A model generated the notes under the pieces. It saw only the letters and a program-made list of their open reading frames with translations, searched no databases and was not told the origin of the DNA. From the IMG/VR virus record IMGVR_UViG_3300025687_000029, positions 1-64,000 of that record: DNA of 64,000 nucleotides, one strand, 5' to 3'. Positions 18,958-29,458 of the stretch are shown piece by piece. A program made the translations under genes and the position numbers. Source of the DNA: a virus. The stretch's first letter is position 1; the number at the start of each line of letters is the position of its first letter.

Positions 18958-21174
18958 TTAATTAATAATTCTTTTTTCTCCAAACATTTTATTAACTCGT
19001 TTAAATGCCTCATCTTCATATATCTTTCTATGAGCTAGATTTGGATTCTTAATATATGCAAGATTTTTTTGATAATTTTCCCGGAGTATCATAACCATGC
19101 CCATAGCAGAAATTCTATCAGTATTTAAATCAGGATTCCATGCTATACATTCTTTTAGTAATCCTATGGACCTTATGGTATGCATCTTTAAAACTGTCTT
19201 AGTTTCTTCTCCTTCAGTTATCTGCTTATCTTCCAACATCCAGTTTGCTAATAATTGCATACCCCAAGCATTAATTTCTTTTGTTGCATGTGTACCTTTA
19301 GCTTTATTACCAAAACCTATAGCTTTAATCATTTGAGTATCTGTAAGAATCTTTGGAGTATCAACAAGCCAATCTAATCTATTTTTACTATCAAAATAAG
19401 CATATAAACCTTTAATGTTATTTTCATAATTAATTTTAGCCTTATAGTAAACAGCCAATCTATAAACTATTTCATAAAAATCTTTTGCCAATTGAGGTCT
19501 ACCTGAATATTCAGCAACTATTTTATCTTCAACAAGATCAAATACAAATGCAGATCCTAATGAACCATCTATAACATTATCATTGTCAACAGTATCAACT
19601 CCAACCAAGTATCTAAATACTGAAGATTCTTTAGGAGGTTCAAATATTTCAACAGCTCCTAATCTATTATTTCCTTTAATTGGAAATGTTCTTATTGGAT
19701 AACAATCTGAACTATTTTTAAAAGAAACTCCTCCATCTGATTTTATAACAAATTCACCTGTCATATGAGAAGATACAAATTTCTCTTGTGCTATTTCTAT
19801 GTCAGCCAAATATTCCTTTAAGTCTCCTACCGGAAATACAGTACCTCCAACTCTCAACATACATTCATCAGGAGTAATAGGTTTTTCTGCTTTTCTTTGA
19901 GTAAGAGCCTTTACATCAGAGGAATTATACTTAATCTTAACTCTCTCTACTATTAATTGGTATAAAGCTTTAATTACATCTGGATTTCCATTATCATCAT
20001 AACAGTTAGCTCTGTTAAGATAAGCTCCCCAAAAGAATCCACATTTAGATTTACCATCTGCATTTTTATCAAATACATTTGGGATACCATAAATATTATA
20101 TGAGTCAGGGTATCTAAACATATCCTCAGCCCCTGCAAAATCAGCTTCCTCAGATCCACCAGTACCTCCTGCAATTAATACAGAAAAGACATTCTCCCCA
20201 TCTTCAGCAGAATCTCTACAAGTATTCCATACATCTTTTATATTAGGAAATATACCATACTCTTCAAAGAATATCCAGCCTCTTTTACCCCTAAGACGAC
20301 CACTTTCATCTTTAGATGTAACACCTATTATAGAAGATTTCTGTCCTCGTTCAGCCCCTGTATCAGTATCTTTATATCCAATAATTTTTTCCATTATTGT
20401 ATCTTTCAGTCTTAATCTAGGGAAAGGGGTATTATTAGCTAAAAAGTCTAGAGTGTCCCAGGCTTTATTCATAACACCGTCTTTAATAAGATATTCTTTT
20501 TCAAAAGCTGTATAGAAAAATCTGGAATCTTTATAAAATAATGCAAGTCTTGGAGATAAAGCTCCTCCTTTATATGACCAACCAATACCTCTCTGTTTTA
20601 ATACCTCAACATGTTGACCATTATTCCTTGCTTGTTCAAGATAATGAAAAAATAAATAATCCCCTAGCCAAACATTAGGAAAGTCTCTAACTCTATCAGC
20701 TCTTTTACTATTAATATCAGTTTTTTTTGTTAATAGGATAGGAGAGTAATTCCAATAAAAATATAATTCTCCAGGTACCCATTCTCCATCAGATTCTCTA
20801 ACCATACCATTCCTAATTCTATCAGCCTCACGCTTCCAGAATTTCATATATTGGGAATTAGGATTTTTATTAGGATATAGCTTAGTATAAACTCCGTGCT
20901 TCTTAAAATAATTTCTAGTCTGACAGAAATAATCCATATCCTCAAGTTTATGAGGATTAGTTAAGTTAACTATAATTCTATTATTTGAATCTCTGGGTAA
21001 ATCTTTAGCTTGTTTAATATTAATATCACATAGATTTCTAATAAACTGTACGCTACCTATAGCATCAATAATATCAGCTTTAACTTCTTTTCTCTTAGAC
21101 TCAGCTAGGTCAGACTCCCCTAGCCATTCTTCCACATCTAGTATTGTAGAATTATGATCATTAAAAACCACCAT
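18958..21174 (-). CDS. terL: Terminase large subunit
   Basis: KQRGIGWSY (Walker A), FFEEYG (Walker B), GGTGG, YLVGVD nuclease motif, C-terminal DRISA. Confidence 0.9.
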   Translation of the reverse strand: MVVFNDHNSTILDVEEWLGESDLAESKRKEVKADIIDAIGSVQFIRNLCDINIKQAKDLPRDSNNRIIVNLTNPHKLEDMDYFCQTRNYFKKHGVYTKLYPNKNPNSQYMKFWKREADRIRNGMVRESDGEWVPGELYFYWNYSPILLTKKTDINSKRADRVRDFPNVWLGDYLFFHYLEQARNNGQHVEVLKQRGIGWSYKGGALSPRLALFYKDSRFFYTAFEKEYLIKDGVMNKAWDTLDFLANNTPFPRLRLKDTIMEKIIGYKDTDTGAERGQKSSIIGVTSKDESGRLRGKRGWIFFEEYGIFPNIKDVWNTCRDSAEDGENVFSVLIAGGTGGSEEADFAGAEDMFRYPDSYNIYGIPNVFDKNADGKSKCGFFWGAYLNRANCYDDNGNPDVIKALYQLIVERVKIKYNSSDVKALTQRKAEKPITPDECMLRVGGTVFPVGDLKEYLADIEIAQEKFVSSHMTGEFVIKSDGGVSFKNSSDCYPIRTFPIKGNNRLGAVEIFEPPKESSVFRYLVGVDTVDNDNVIDGSLGSAFVFDLVEDKIVAEYSGRPQLAKDFYEIVYRLAVYYKAKINYENNIKGLYAYFDSKNRLDWLVDTPKILTDTQMIKAIGFGNKAKGTHATKEINAWGMQLLANWMLEDKQITEGEETKTVLKMHTIRSIGLLKECIAWNPDLNTDRISAMGMVMILRENYQKNLAYIKNPNLAHRKIYEDEAFKRVNKMFGEKRIIN

Positions 21175-21688
21175 CTTCTAACTCTCCTTTACTTATACTA
21201 CCTCTTGCATTAGATTTATTTTCCTGTTGCTTTTTAATCTGTTCCTCTAAAGTATCAATTGTTTTTGATAATTCAGGTAATTGTTTAGCACTACTAAATA
21301 TCTTAGGTAGATTTATATCTGTTATATCAGCAGTCTTTATAAACTCTTCTATCTTATGAACTGCCAATCTAGCAGTAGATAATAATCTAGATGAGACAGT
21401 TTGACTATGTTCTTTGTAGAACTCTATAGCTTCATATACTCTTTTATGTACTTTATATCCTTTACTAAATGCAAGATTTTGAAGTATTTCCTTCTCTCTT
21501 ATATCCTCATCAACTATATAAGCAAAATCAGATCTATAGTCTGCCATAAAATAAATAAAAGATAATTCATTAATTGCTTTAGATTTATCTTTAGTCTTAT
21601 CTGCATCCCAAATAGCTTTAAATGGTTTCAATGCTAAAGCTTGTGGACTAAATGTAACATTAAAGTCATTAAGTTCGAATAAATTCAT
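21161..21688 (-). CDS. Conserved protein upstream of TerL (possible small terminase)
   Basis: Helical; overlaps the TerL start; synteny. Confidence 0.45.
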   Translation of the reverse strand: MNLFELNDFNVTFSPQALALKPFKAIWDADKTKDKSKAINELSFIYFMADYRSDFAYIVDEDIREKEILQNLAFSKGYKVHKRVYEAIEFYKEHSQTVSSRLLSTARLAVHKIEEFIKTADITDINLPKIFSSAKQLPELSKTIDTLEEQIKKQQENKSNARGSISKGELEDGGF

Positions 21689-21938
21689 CTCTTTCTTCTT
21701 TTGTAATTTTTGTACTATTTGATGCTAGTACTTTATCTTTCCAGTCTTTCCTTGGTACTAATCTACCTAAACCTCTTATATTAATTTCTCTCATCGGAGC
21801 ATTAGTACTAAGTTGCCTATCAATAGCTGCCCACATACCTCTCCACATCAAATATACTTCACTAATTGGTATATTATAGTCAGAAGCTACTTTTTTAAAT
21901 ACCTCTTTAAATTCATTAGGCATATCATTGTACTTCAC
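21669..21938 (-). CDS. HU/IHF-like DNA-binding protein
   Basis: KVASDYNIPISEV...EINIRGLGRL. Confidence 0.6.
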   Translation of the reverse strand: MKYNDMPNEFKEVFKKVASDYNIPISEVYLMWRGMWAAIDRQLSTNAPMREINIRGLGRLVPRKDWKDKVLASNSTKITKEERDEFIRT

Positions 21939-22320
21939 CTAACTTAATTTTTATATCATATTTAGTGTTTAGATTTAATACAGGAGCCAAATAAGTATAA
22001 GGCTTTGGTATATTATAGTTATCAATAACTCCCAGATTCCTCATATCACTAAGGGTCTGATAAAAGCTGTTAATAGAAGCTCCATTCATATATTCATGGG
22101 CAAATGCTTTCAAATCTCCTTTGCTTGACATCAACTCTCTTAGTTCCTCTTTAGAAGAAAACTTACCTCTAAGTTCATTAATTCTAATTATTAATAATGT
22201 AAGTATTTCAAGATGGGAATCTCTAGTAATACCTAGAGGTTCTTTAATCATCCCAATATACTTTCTAATTATTTCTTTCTTAGAATTACCTTTAATTTCA
22301 ATTGTTAATTCTCCATTCAT
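21925..22320 (-). CDS. Hypothetical protein (possible HTH)
   Basis: SINSFYQTLSDMRNLGVI resembles a winged helix. Confidence 0.4.
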   Translation of the reverse strand: MNGELTIEIKGNSKKEIIRKYIGMIKEPLGITRDSHLEILTLLIIRINELRGKFSSKEELRELMSSKGDLKAFAHEYMNGASINSFYQTLSDMRNLGVIDNYNIPKPYTYLAPVLNLNTKYDIKIKLGEVQ

Positions 22321-22778
22321 CTTTCTAATAATTCTATAGATTGTTTTAATATATTCAACTCTTCTTTTGTAAAGCTATCTTTGAAATAAGGGATTACACA
22401 GTATTTTGTTAAATCGTTTATACATAATTGTAATAATACTTTACACATATATTCAATTGCTGAGTCAGCAACTATATTTCTATATTCAGACAAATCAACA
22501 ATATTATCAATACTATATTGAAAATCTGTACACGGAGGGTTACTTTCCTTTAAAAAATATCCTACTCTAGGTTCTCCGGTAATAAATTCAGGAGATCCTA
22601 GAGAAATGATACCATCTTTCGTGTTTAATATCAAATGATCAGGATAATACATATTGAATATTTCTAATTTTGATTTATCATCATGTTGCTCTAGAAACTT
22701 AGCTACTCCTTCTAATAAATCATCTTTTTTATATGTATTAACTTTTGTAATTATTTTTGCTATTTCCTTTAGTTCCAT
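22317..22778 (-). CDS. Hypothetical protein
   Basis: Translationally coupled ORF. Confidence 0.6.
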   Translation of the reverse strand: MELKEIAKIITKVNTYKKDDLLEGVAKFLEQHDDKSKLEIFNMYYPDHLILNTKDGIISLGSPEFITGEPRVGYFLKESNPPCTDFQYSIDNIVDLSEYRNIVADSAIEYMCKVLLQLCINDLTKYCVIPYFKDSFTKEELNILKQSIELLER

Positions 22779-23737
22779 TACTTAATTATTTCATCTAAAT
22801 TATCAACTACAAATCCTGCGGCCCCAAGATGTCCACCGCCTCCATATTGTTTAGCTATAGCAGAACAGTCTACTTTTCCATTATCATTGTATAATGAGAA
22901 ACTCCATTTACCATCTTTATACCAGAAACAAGCAAATCCATCATATCCATCTTTATGATAATCTATACCAAAGTTAATAGGATTGAATCTTTCTTGATTT
23001 ACACATAAGAATTTTCTAGTAGTTGCTCCATATTGTACATTTCCTACAGCGGGTTCCATTAATTCAATAGGAAAAGCTTTCTTATAAGTTTGTTCAGCTT
23101 CAGCACAGAGATAATTATATATTATCCTACCACTTTTAATCCAATCTTGTGTAAGATCATGATCTATATCTGCACATAAAGCATCATAAGCATCATCATA
23201 ATTACTTATTTCTTCTCTAGCAGCATATTGAAATTCTAATACTTTTTGTTCTTCATCAGTACCTTTATGACCAAAACAATCATATCTACCTAATAACCTA
23301 ACTATTTCAGGCATTTCTTCGTTCGGAAAGAAATATTCCCAAGTAAGTTCACAGGCTGCGAATTGATCATCTTGAAGACCTTCAATTATAGGTTGATTAT
23401 CAATAATATTTTCATTTTCATATTTTACTAATTCTTTAATAGCAGAAATGTGATGATCTATCCATATAAAGTTTTTATTTGAAATAAGTTCCACCATATT
23501 CTCAAAGGAAAAACTCACATCACACATTATTACTTTATCGTATTCTGATAAGTCTGGAATAGGGTCCCCATAATCCCAACCTAACATATAAAGAGTATCA
23601 GGATTAGCTATCATTTTACCACCTTCTTCTCCAGTATTTAAATCTATTAATACATCATGTTTAATAGCTTTTTTAACTATAGCTGCTGACACCCAGCCAT
23701 CAAGATCTCTACTGTGATAAATACAAATTGTTTTCAT
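22778..23737 (-). CDS. DHH/DHHA1 phosphoesterase
   Basis: YHSRDLDG, CDVS, WIDHH, GGGGHLGAAGF. Confidence 0.9.
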   Translation of the reverse strand: MKTICIYHSRDLDGWVSAAIVKKAIKHDVLIDLNTGEEGGKMIANPDTLYMLGWDYGDPIPDLSEYDKVIMCDVSFSFENMVELISNKNFIWIDHHISAIKELVKYENENIIDNQPIIEGLQDDQFAACELTWEYFFPNEEMPEIVRLLGRYDCFGHKGTDEEQKVLEFQYAAREEISNYDDAYDALCADIDHDLTQDWIKSGRIIYNYLCAEAEQTYKKAFPIELMEPAVGNVQYGATTRKFLCVNQERFNPINFGIDYHKDGYDGFACFWYKDGKWSFSLYNDNGKVDCSAIAKQYGGGGHLGAAGFVVDNLDEIIK

Positions 23738-23752
23738 AATTCTTTCTAATTT

Positions 23753-24685
23753 TTATTGTGTCATTAATGCTTTACTTTTATTCTCTCCTACTCTACTTCT
23801 ACTCCAACCATTACAATCCTCACATTGATATAATTTGAATACTTTAGTATTAGTATAAGTATCCTTTACATATTCTAACTTATGAGATCCACATTTAGTA
23901 CAAGACATAGAAGGATCTTCATTAAATACTGACATACTTGGATGTCTTGAATCCCAAGGTCTTAATTCTAAATAAATATTCTCTAATTCTGTAACATCTT
24001 GGATATTGTATTCTAACATTGTATCCCAGGCATTAAGATCTCCTTCCATACATTTTTTCCATAGAGTAAATCCTTCATTATCCATCTTACCTTCGTACCC
24101 CAGATATTTAGATAAAAAATCTAATCTATGATAAGTAGTACCAAAGTTAGTTCTTGCTATCTGTAAAGTATCTACTACTTTGTATGGAGAGGGTGGAGTC
24201 ATACCATGTGCTAAGAATCTTGCATTAGCTTTTTTCTTATCAAATCTGGAGCAATTGTGAGCTATGATCAAATCAGCTTCATCAAATAATCTCCATAACT
24301 CATTACATATTTCAAAATCATCATAATCTTCCTGATTCTTAGCTGTTCCAGAATATATCTTATCTTCTCCCAGGAATTTACCTGCATATGTAAGAATAGT
24401 CCAATCTCTAATAATCTGATCAGGTTGGATAAACTGCTTTCTTACTCCAAAATGATAACTAATAATAGGGGAAGTTTCAAGATCAAATATAAATATTTTA
24501 CCTCTAGATTTAGTTTCATATTGAATATTTTCATTACTCCAGTAGAATCCTCCACATAAAGAGCTATTTCTAATAGCATATCTAATACTTGCTTCATCTA
24601 CATTTATAGATTCTGCTGCTGCGGATTGACTTGGAAATTCATCTACCAGTTCCTCATCTCTATTATACTTGAATACTGTCTTCAT
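23753..24685 (-). CDS. RNase H-like 3'-5' exonuclease with N-terminal NUMOD1-type domain and C-terminal Zn ribbon
   Basis: FPSQSAAAES; FDLET, AHNCSRFD, YNIQDV; CTKCGS...CEDC. Confidence 0.8.
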   Translation of the reverse strand: MKTVFKYNRDEELVDEFPSQSAAAESINVDEASIRYAIRNSSLCGGFYWSNENIQYETKSRGKIFIFDLETSPIISYHFGVRKQFIQPDQIIRDWTILTYAGKFLGEDKIYSGTAKNQEDYDDFEICNELWRLFDEADLIIAHNCSRFDKKKANARFLAHGMTPPSPYKVVDTLQIARTNFGTTYHRLDFLSKYLGYEGKMDNEGFTLWKKCMEGDLNAWDTMLEYNIQDVTELENIYLELRPWDSRHPSMSVFNEDPSMSCTKCGSHKLEYVKDTYTNTKVFKLYQCEDCNGWSRSRVGENKSKALMTQ

Positions 24686-24692
24686 AAATACA

Positions 24693-24721
24693 AAATGCCC
24701 CTATATCTCTATAGAGGCATT
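24693..24721 (-). terminator. Terminator hairpin
   Basis: AAATGCC-CTAT...ATAG-GGCATTT inverted repeat. Confidence 0.55.
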
Positions 24722-25188
24722 ATTAAGTTTAATTAATTAATGATTCGTGTTTCTTCCATAACTTACTGATTCATTGCAAACTTAATCAATAATAATTATA
24801 TTTCCAAATATATCTCAAATTATTTTTTAATTATCTTTTAAATCCAACTCCTTTAGTACCACTCTCATCAATAATTTTAGCTTCTAAGTCTTTATCTTTA
24901 TTAATTTCCCATAATTTAATACCTAGAAAATAAACTTTTTTAATGATGTTTTGCTTACCTACTTCATAAATAGTACTAACATCTCCATTACCATTTCTAA
25001 TAATTGTAGGCTCTAATTTTGCATCATCATACTTCTTAATTTTAATCATACCATAATTGTTTTAGTTATTAATTCTTCTCTTTCTTTAAAATACTCATTT
25101 GTCCACAATTCTAATAATGTTTGTTTTTGTAATACATCAAGAGAATAGAAAAACTCATAAAATTTACCGTCTAATTTATCTTTCATAT

Positions 25189-25623
25189 TTATTCTAAGAT
25201 TTTTATATATACACCGGGATTCTCTTTATCATAACTATACCACTTATTATCTCTTTTATAAGGCATTGGTATCAAGAAATCCATATTATCATCTTCTATT
25301 AAATCTAAAGCTGTAAGTAAATCCAACACTATTTGACAAATATTTCCAAAATCAAATTTATGCTTAGTACCTCTTACAAAATGGAATCCTAATACTAATG
25401 GTGTTTTATGATCTTTTAGAAAGCCTTTAAGCTCTTCTTCAGGAAATGTATATGAAATAGTTTTATATTTAGTTACTGTCTTCTTAGAAGAAGAGAATGT
25501 TTGTATTCCAAAGCTTCTTAAATATTTCTTTACTGTCTTTGACATAAAAGATCCTCTTGTAGTATTTATCTTACTATTTTTAGAAGAAGGGGTATTACCA
25601 GGTATAAAAATTTCTTTACTCAT
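25189..25623 (-). CDS. RusA-like Holliday junction resolvase
   Basis: TPSSKNS, FDFGNICQIVLDLL, IEDDN, ENPGVYI. Confidence 0.7.
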   Translation of the reverse strand: MSKEIFIPGNTPSSKNSKINTTRGSFMSKTVKKYLRSFGIQTFSSSKKTVTKYKTISYTFPEEELKGFLKDHKTPLVLGFHFVRGTKHKFDFGNICQIVLDLLTALDLIEDDNMDFLIPMPYKRDNKWYSYDKENPGVYIKILE

Positions 25624-25915
25624 AACATTTATTTATACTTTCAATCACTTGTTCTGATTTTAACTTATATAAAGTATTATAAATATTTTCATACATTACT
25701 TCTCTCTTAGATTTAATTTTCTTAAATTTACAACTTCTACAAACTCCAGGCTGTGATAATTCTAGTAAACAGTTACAGGTTTTCATATTTCTCTATATTA
25801 GTTACAAATACAGGTGCTGAAATTGGCTTTTCCAATTTATACATTAATTCCCTATTCTTAGGGAATAAGCTACTTCTGAAAAACTTCGCAAATAAATCTA
25901 TCCTCTTCTTTTTTA

Positions 25916-27105
25916 TCATAAACAAATTTGAAATATAAATAAACAATTAGCTGTTACAAATACAAAGAACTTTAGAAATACATTACCCCATAATTTATAA
26001 TCCCAAGGCTTATCTCTAAAAGCATTCAGAATAAAATCAAATGCTGCAAATCTCCAAGCTAGTATTAATATAGATCCGTAGACTATTACTAATGGATCAT
26101 CAACTTTTAAGAATAAAGCTGTAGAAATTCCCAGAGCCATTATTAATATTTGCATGGACTGTGATAAATGAAAGTCTTCCTGTTCTATAAACTTCTTATT
26201 AAACCAAGCATTAAGAACTGTCCACACTAATCCGTAAATTGTAATAAATAAATATATAATCATTTCTTTAAAGTTTTAACAATTCCATATACTAAATACA
26301 TACTGATAACGGTAAACATGCTCCCCCAAATTGGAAGTGTTACTAATTCCCATCCAATATCAATAGTATTATTCCATTTAAGTATTGCAAGAACTATACT
26401 GATAGCTCCCAACATAACAAAACTGGCTATTATACCTCTTATTCCTTCCAGTAAGGAACTACTTAACTTCTTCATATTTCTCTAATTTAACTACTTTAAA
26501 GTCTCTATCTCCGTGATGATATTTAACAACATCTTGTATATATTCTACAGGATGAACATAAGTATATTCTTTTCCTTCTATTTCTACTGTAACCTTTTGG
26601 TTTTTAATTAACTTATAGCTTTTCATATAATATTTATTAAGATGAATCCAATTAAAATATTAACCATACTAATAATTTCAATCCAAAAGATAGGATCTGG
26701 AACCTTGAACTTTGCAATAATTCCTGCAAATAATAAATTAGGTAAAATTATTACAACTCCCATTGGAGGATTTTCCAGGAGTATCCCAATAAATGTAAGG
26801 GAGATTCCACCGAATGCACCTATAACATGTATAATCTTCTTCCATTTAGTATGAAGATCAATAAAAATACATACTAAAGCAAGAAATCCAGAAGCTATAT
26901 AAAATATAACATCTTGACCCATAGCTGAAATACTGAGAGCTAATCCCCAAACATACCATCTAAATATAAAATCTTTACGATGAGGTAAATCATCTACAGA
27001 AGAACTAATGGAACTTGGTATTCCATATTTTGATACTATTCTAGCCAAATACATTATACTGGCTATTACTACATAAGTAAATCCTAAAATCTTTAATTCT
27101 ATCAT
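25916..27105 (-). other. Block of small membrane proteins (25916-26263, 26260-26475, 26623-27105)
   Basis: Each has multiple hydrophobic helices. Confidence 0.6.
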
Positions 27106-27285
27106 ATCTTTATAATTCTACAGCTACAAAGATAAAAAGATTATTTAGATATGCAAGAATAAAAAAATAAAAAAGGTAGTATCCATGTTTTTGCGACGCG
27201 CAGATACTACCTTAAAATAAATGAAAGGATTAAATCTAAACTACTCTCAATGTGGTACACAAGCCCACATTTAGATGTAATATAG

Positions 27286-27358
27286 AGCTTCCAATAGGAC
27301 TTGAACCTATAACCTATTCATTACAAATGAATTGCTCTACCAATTGAGCTATAGAAGC
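27286..27358 (-). tRNA. tRNA-Thr(UGU)
   Basis: Full cloverleaf GCTTCTA/TGGAAGC; anticodon arm ATTCA-TTTGTAA-TGAAT; GGTTCAAGTCC T arm; CCA not encoded. Confidence 0.9.
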
Positions 27359-27619
27359 ATAAGGATGTAAATATACAAAACTTTTAATACTAAGTCAAGT
27401 ATTATTCAATTAAATCATCAATATCTATATTATACTCTTCTAATAATTCATGAATCTTACTCCAAGCCTTAGTATAATCATAATTAGTATGCTTAAATTC
27501 TCTCCAACCATTATGGACTAATTCCCATATAAAAGAAGCCATATTTTCAGATTGTAACATCCTTTTAGCTTCTTTTATATTATTTGTTTTAAATTCTGCT
27601 ATCATAATTATTAATTTAG

Positions 27620-27690
27620 TTGTCCCTCCAGGATTTGAACCTAGACAAGCAGAATCAGAATCTGCTATGCTACCATTACATCAAGGGACA
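27620..27690 (-). tRNA. tRNA-Gln(CUG)
   Basis: TGTCCCT/AGGGACA acceptor; GCAGA-TTCTGAT-TCTGC anticodon arm; GGTTCAAATCC T arm. Confidence 0.9.
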
Positions 27691-27736
27691 TTGACCAGCT
27701 TTGCAGGGCTTCTATCATTAAACTAAACCCCTAAAT

Positions 27737-27821
27737 AAAGTAAACTGCTTTGACCCACATATAACGTTCTATGTTTGAAGCAGACAGACAATGGTATCTG
27801 TGCTAATTCTAGCTTTACTTT
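27737..27821 (-). ncRNA. Candidate perfect four-way-junction RNA
   Basis: Four abutting helices with no unpaired junction bases; a G-U pair favours the minus strand. Confidence 0.55.
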
Positions 27822-27823
27822 AG

Positions 27824-27863
27824 AGGCTCCTGATAGATTCGAACTATCTTCACAGACTTACAA
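27824..27863 (-). pseudogene. 3' half of a tRNA (no 5' half)
   Basis: GTCTGT-GAA-GATAG-TTCGAAT-CTATC-AGGAGCC-T; the upstream sequence is not tRNA-like. Confidence 0.65.
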
Positions 27864-28080
27864 ATGTATAAAAAATTACACAAAATAATCCAATTTTGTT
27901 TGATTTATTGTACATTATCTACTAATCCTCATCATATATCTCCTGTACAGCATCACATTCAAAATCACCATAGCATTCCATACAAACTAAATTACCTTCC
28001 TTAGTAATAATATGCCAATCTTCATTCTCATCAATTAGCTTATTACATCTACTACATAGTTTTTCTTCTTCCATAATCAT

Positions 28081-29232
28081 TTATTTAAAAGGTTGTGAAT
28101 AAGTTACTTTTCCATTTTCATCTATTACATAACTTCCCTCAGGCAAGTTCTTTTTAAAACTTTCAACTAATAATTCTATTTCTTCTTCAGATAAACCTAA
28201 CTTAGTATACATTTGTTTCACAAACATTATAATTCCAAATTTACCGGTAGCTATAATATTATTATGCTTTCTTTCTTCATCAGGAGTATCTGATAGCTCC
28301 ATTATTAGCTTTTCTATTTTATCTGTTTTAGATTCTTTAGTCATTTTAAATTAACTTTAATGATTTCATTACATTCAGGACAGATAAATCTTTCCTTAGC
28401 TTTAATTCTAGATTTAAATACGCCAGACTGATTAATAAGTTTATTCTCTAATTTTTTAATTCTTACTTCAAGAAATTCAACTATCTCTGTAGTGGCTTGG
28501 AGCCTCTTCTCAAGACTATTAAACTTTAATCTCATCTCATCTTCATTCATAATACTCCAACTTGAGTTAATACTTTCTTTAATTCACTAATATTCTTTAT
28601 GGTTCCTTTAAAAAGCTGTTCTCTTATAGATTGTCTGTTCTTACCTAAATCTTCCCAATATTCTATAATAATATCTTGAGAGTATTTATCAAAGTCTAAT
28701 TCATACCAAGAGTGTCCTTCTGGAAACTCATGAATTACTGTTTGAAATATAATTTGATCAGAATAATCCTTAACCTTTCTAAACCCTAAATCTTCTATGT
28801 CAGAAGAGCCTAGGTACTTTACTCTAATTCTATCTTTAATATCTAAATCATAAGAAATATCTTCAAAATCTGACCATCCAATTATTTCAAACTTTGAATA
28901 TGCACCTTTAGAGAAATGTTCATATTCAAAACCTACATAAAATTCTGAAATATCAGGAGTATAATATTTATTTTCTTCTTCCATAGTATTTATTTAAATA
29001 AAGTATCTAATTTAGATGTTTATTGGGAGTTTTTACTATATTCTGATATTAACAGTTCATAATCCTCATCTCTATTAGATTTAGATTCATATGCTATAGT
29101 TGTTGATCTATTATGACCTAAATATAATTCTATACGATAGTATGTAGAGTTATATAAATCATCAGTCCAGGTATATATTCTCCATAAGCCTGTAAGATCA
29201 ATATATCCATTATTTTCTCTTAGCTTAATCAT
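28081..29232 (-). other. Block of small hypothetical genes (28081-28344, 28341-28550, 28547-28984, 29020-29232)
   Basis: Tightly packed co-oriented ORFs. Confidence 0.65.
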
Positions 29233-29260
29233 AAGTTATATCTTTAATTCAACAACAGTA

Positions 29261-29268
29261 CAAATATA
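29261..29268 (-). promoter_or_regulatory. Bacteroidota-type -7 promoter element TAnnTTTG
   Basis: TATATTTG heads the leftward unit. The same motif is intergenic or at gene starts at 9333-9340, 15726-15733, 18953-18960, 24777-24784, 27127-27134 and 27861-27868 (minus) and 37193-37200 (plus). Confidence 0.65.
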
Positions 29269-29458
29269 TAAAATAAAATAGTAAAAACAATACCCCCGGT
29301 ATAAAATTATTTAAAAAAGATACCCCCTATTGGATTATATGTGAATGGGTATGGTTAAGAGGAAATAAAATTATATAGTGATGAGAGTGGGGGTTATACT
29401 ATCCTCCAACCCCCTATCAAATCTTAGTGGGGGTAATACCTACCCTTCATTTGAGTCA

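Noticed and set aside
18958-21174. Intein or intron in TerL (PolB and DnaB also checked)
   Set aside because: Sizes are normal, motifs are contiguous, and no intein termini were seen.
6324-22339. Short plus-strand ORFs opposite the structural genes (and minus-strand ORFs opposite replication genes)
   Set aside because: Antisense shadows of real genes with no start context.
27173-27285. Theta/HDV-like ribozyme after the tRNA
   Set aside because: No P1/P3/P1.1 nested double pseudoknot could be built.
27692-27732. 5' half of a permuted tRNA pairing with the 27824 half
   Set aside because: GGGGTTT cannot pair with acceptor strand AGGAGCC.
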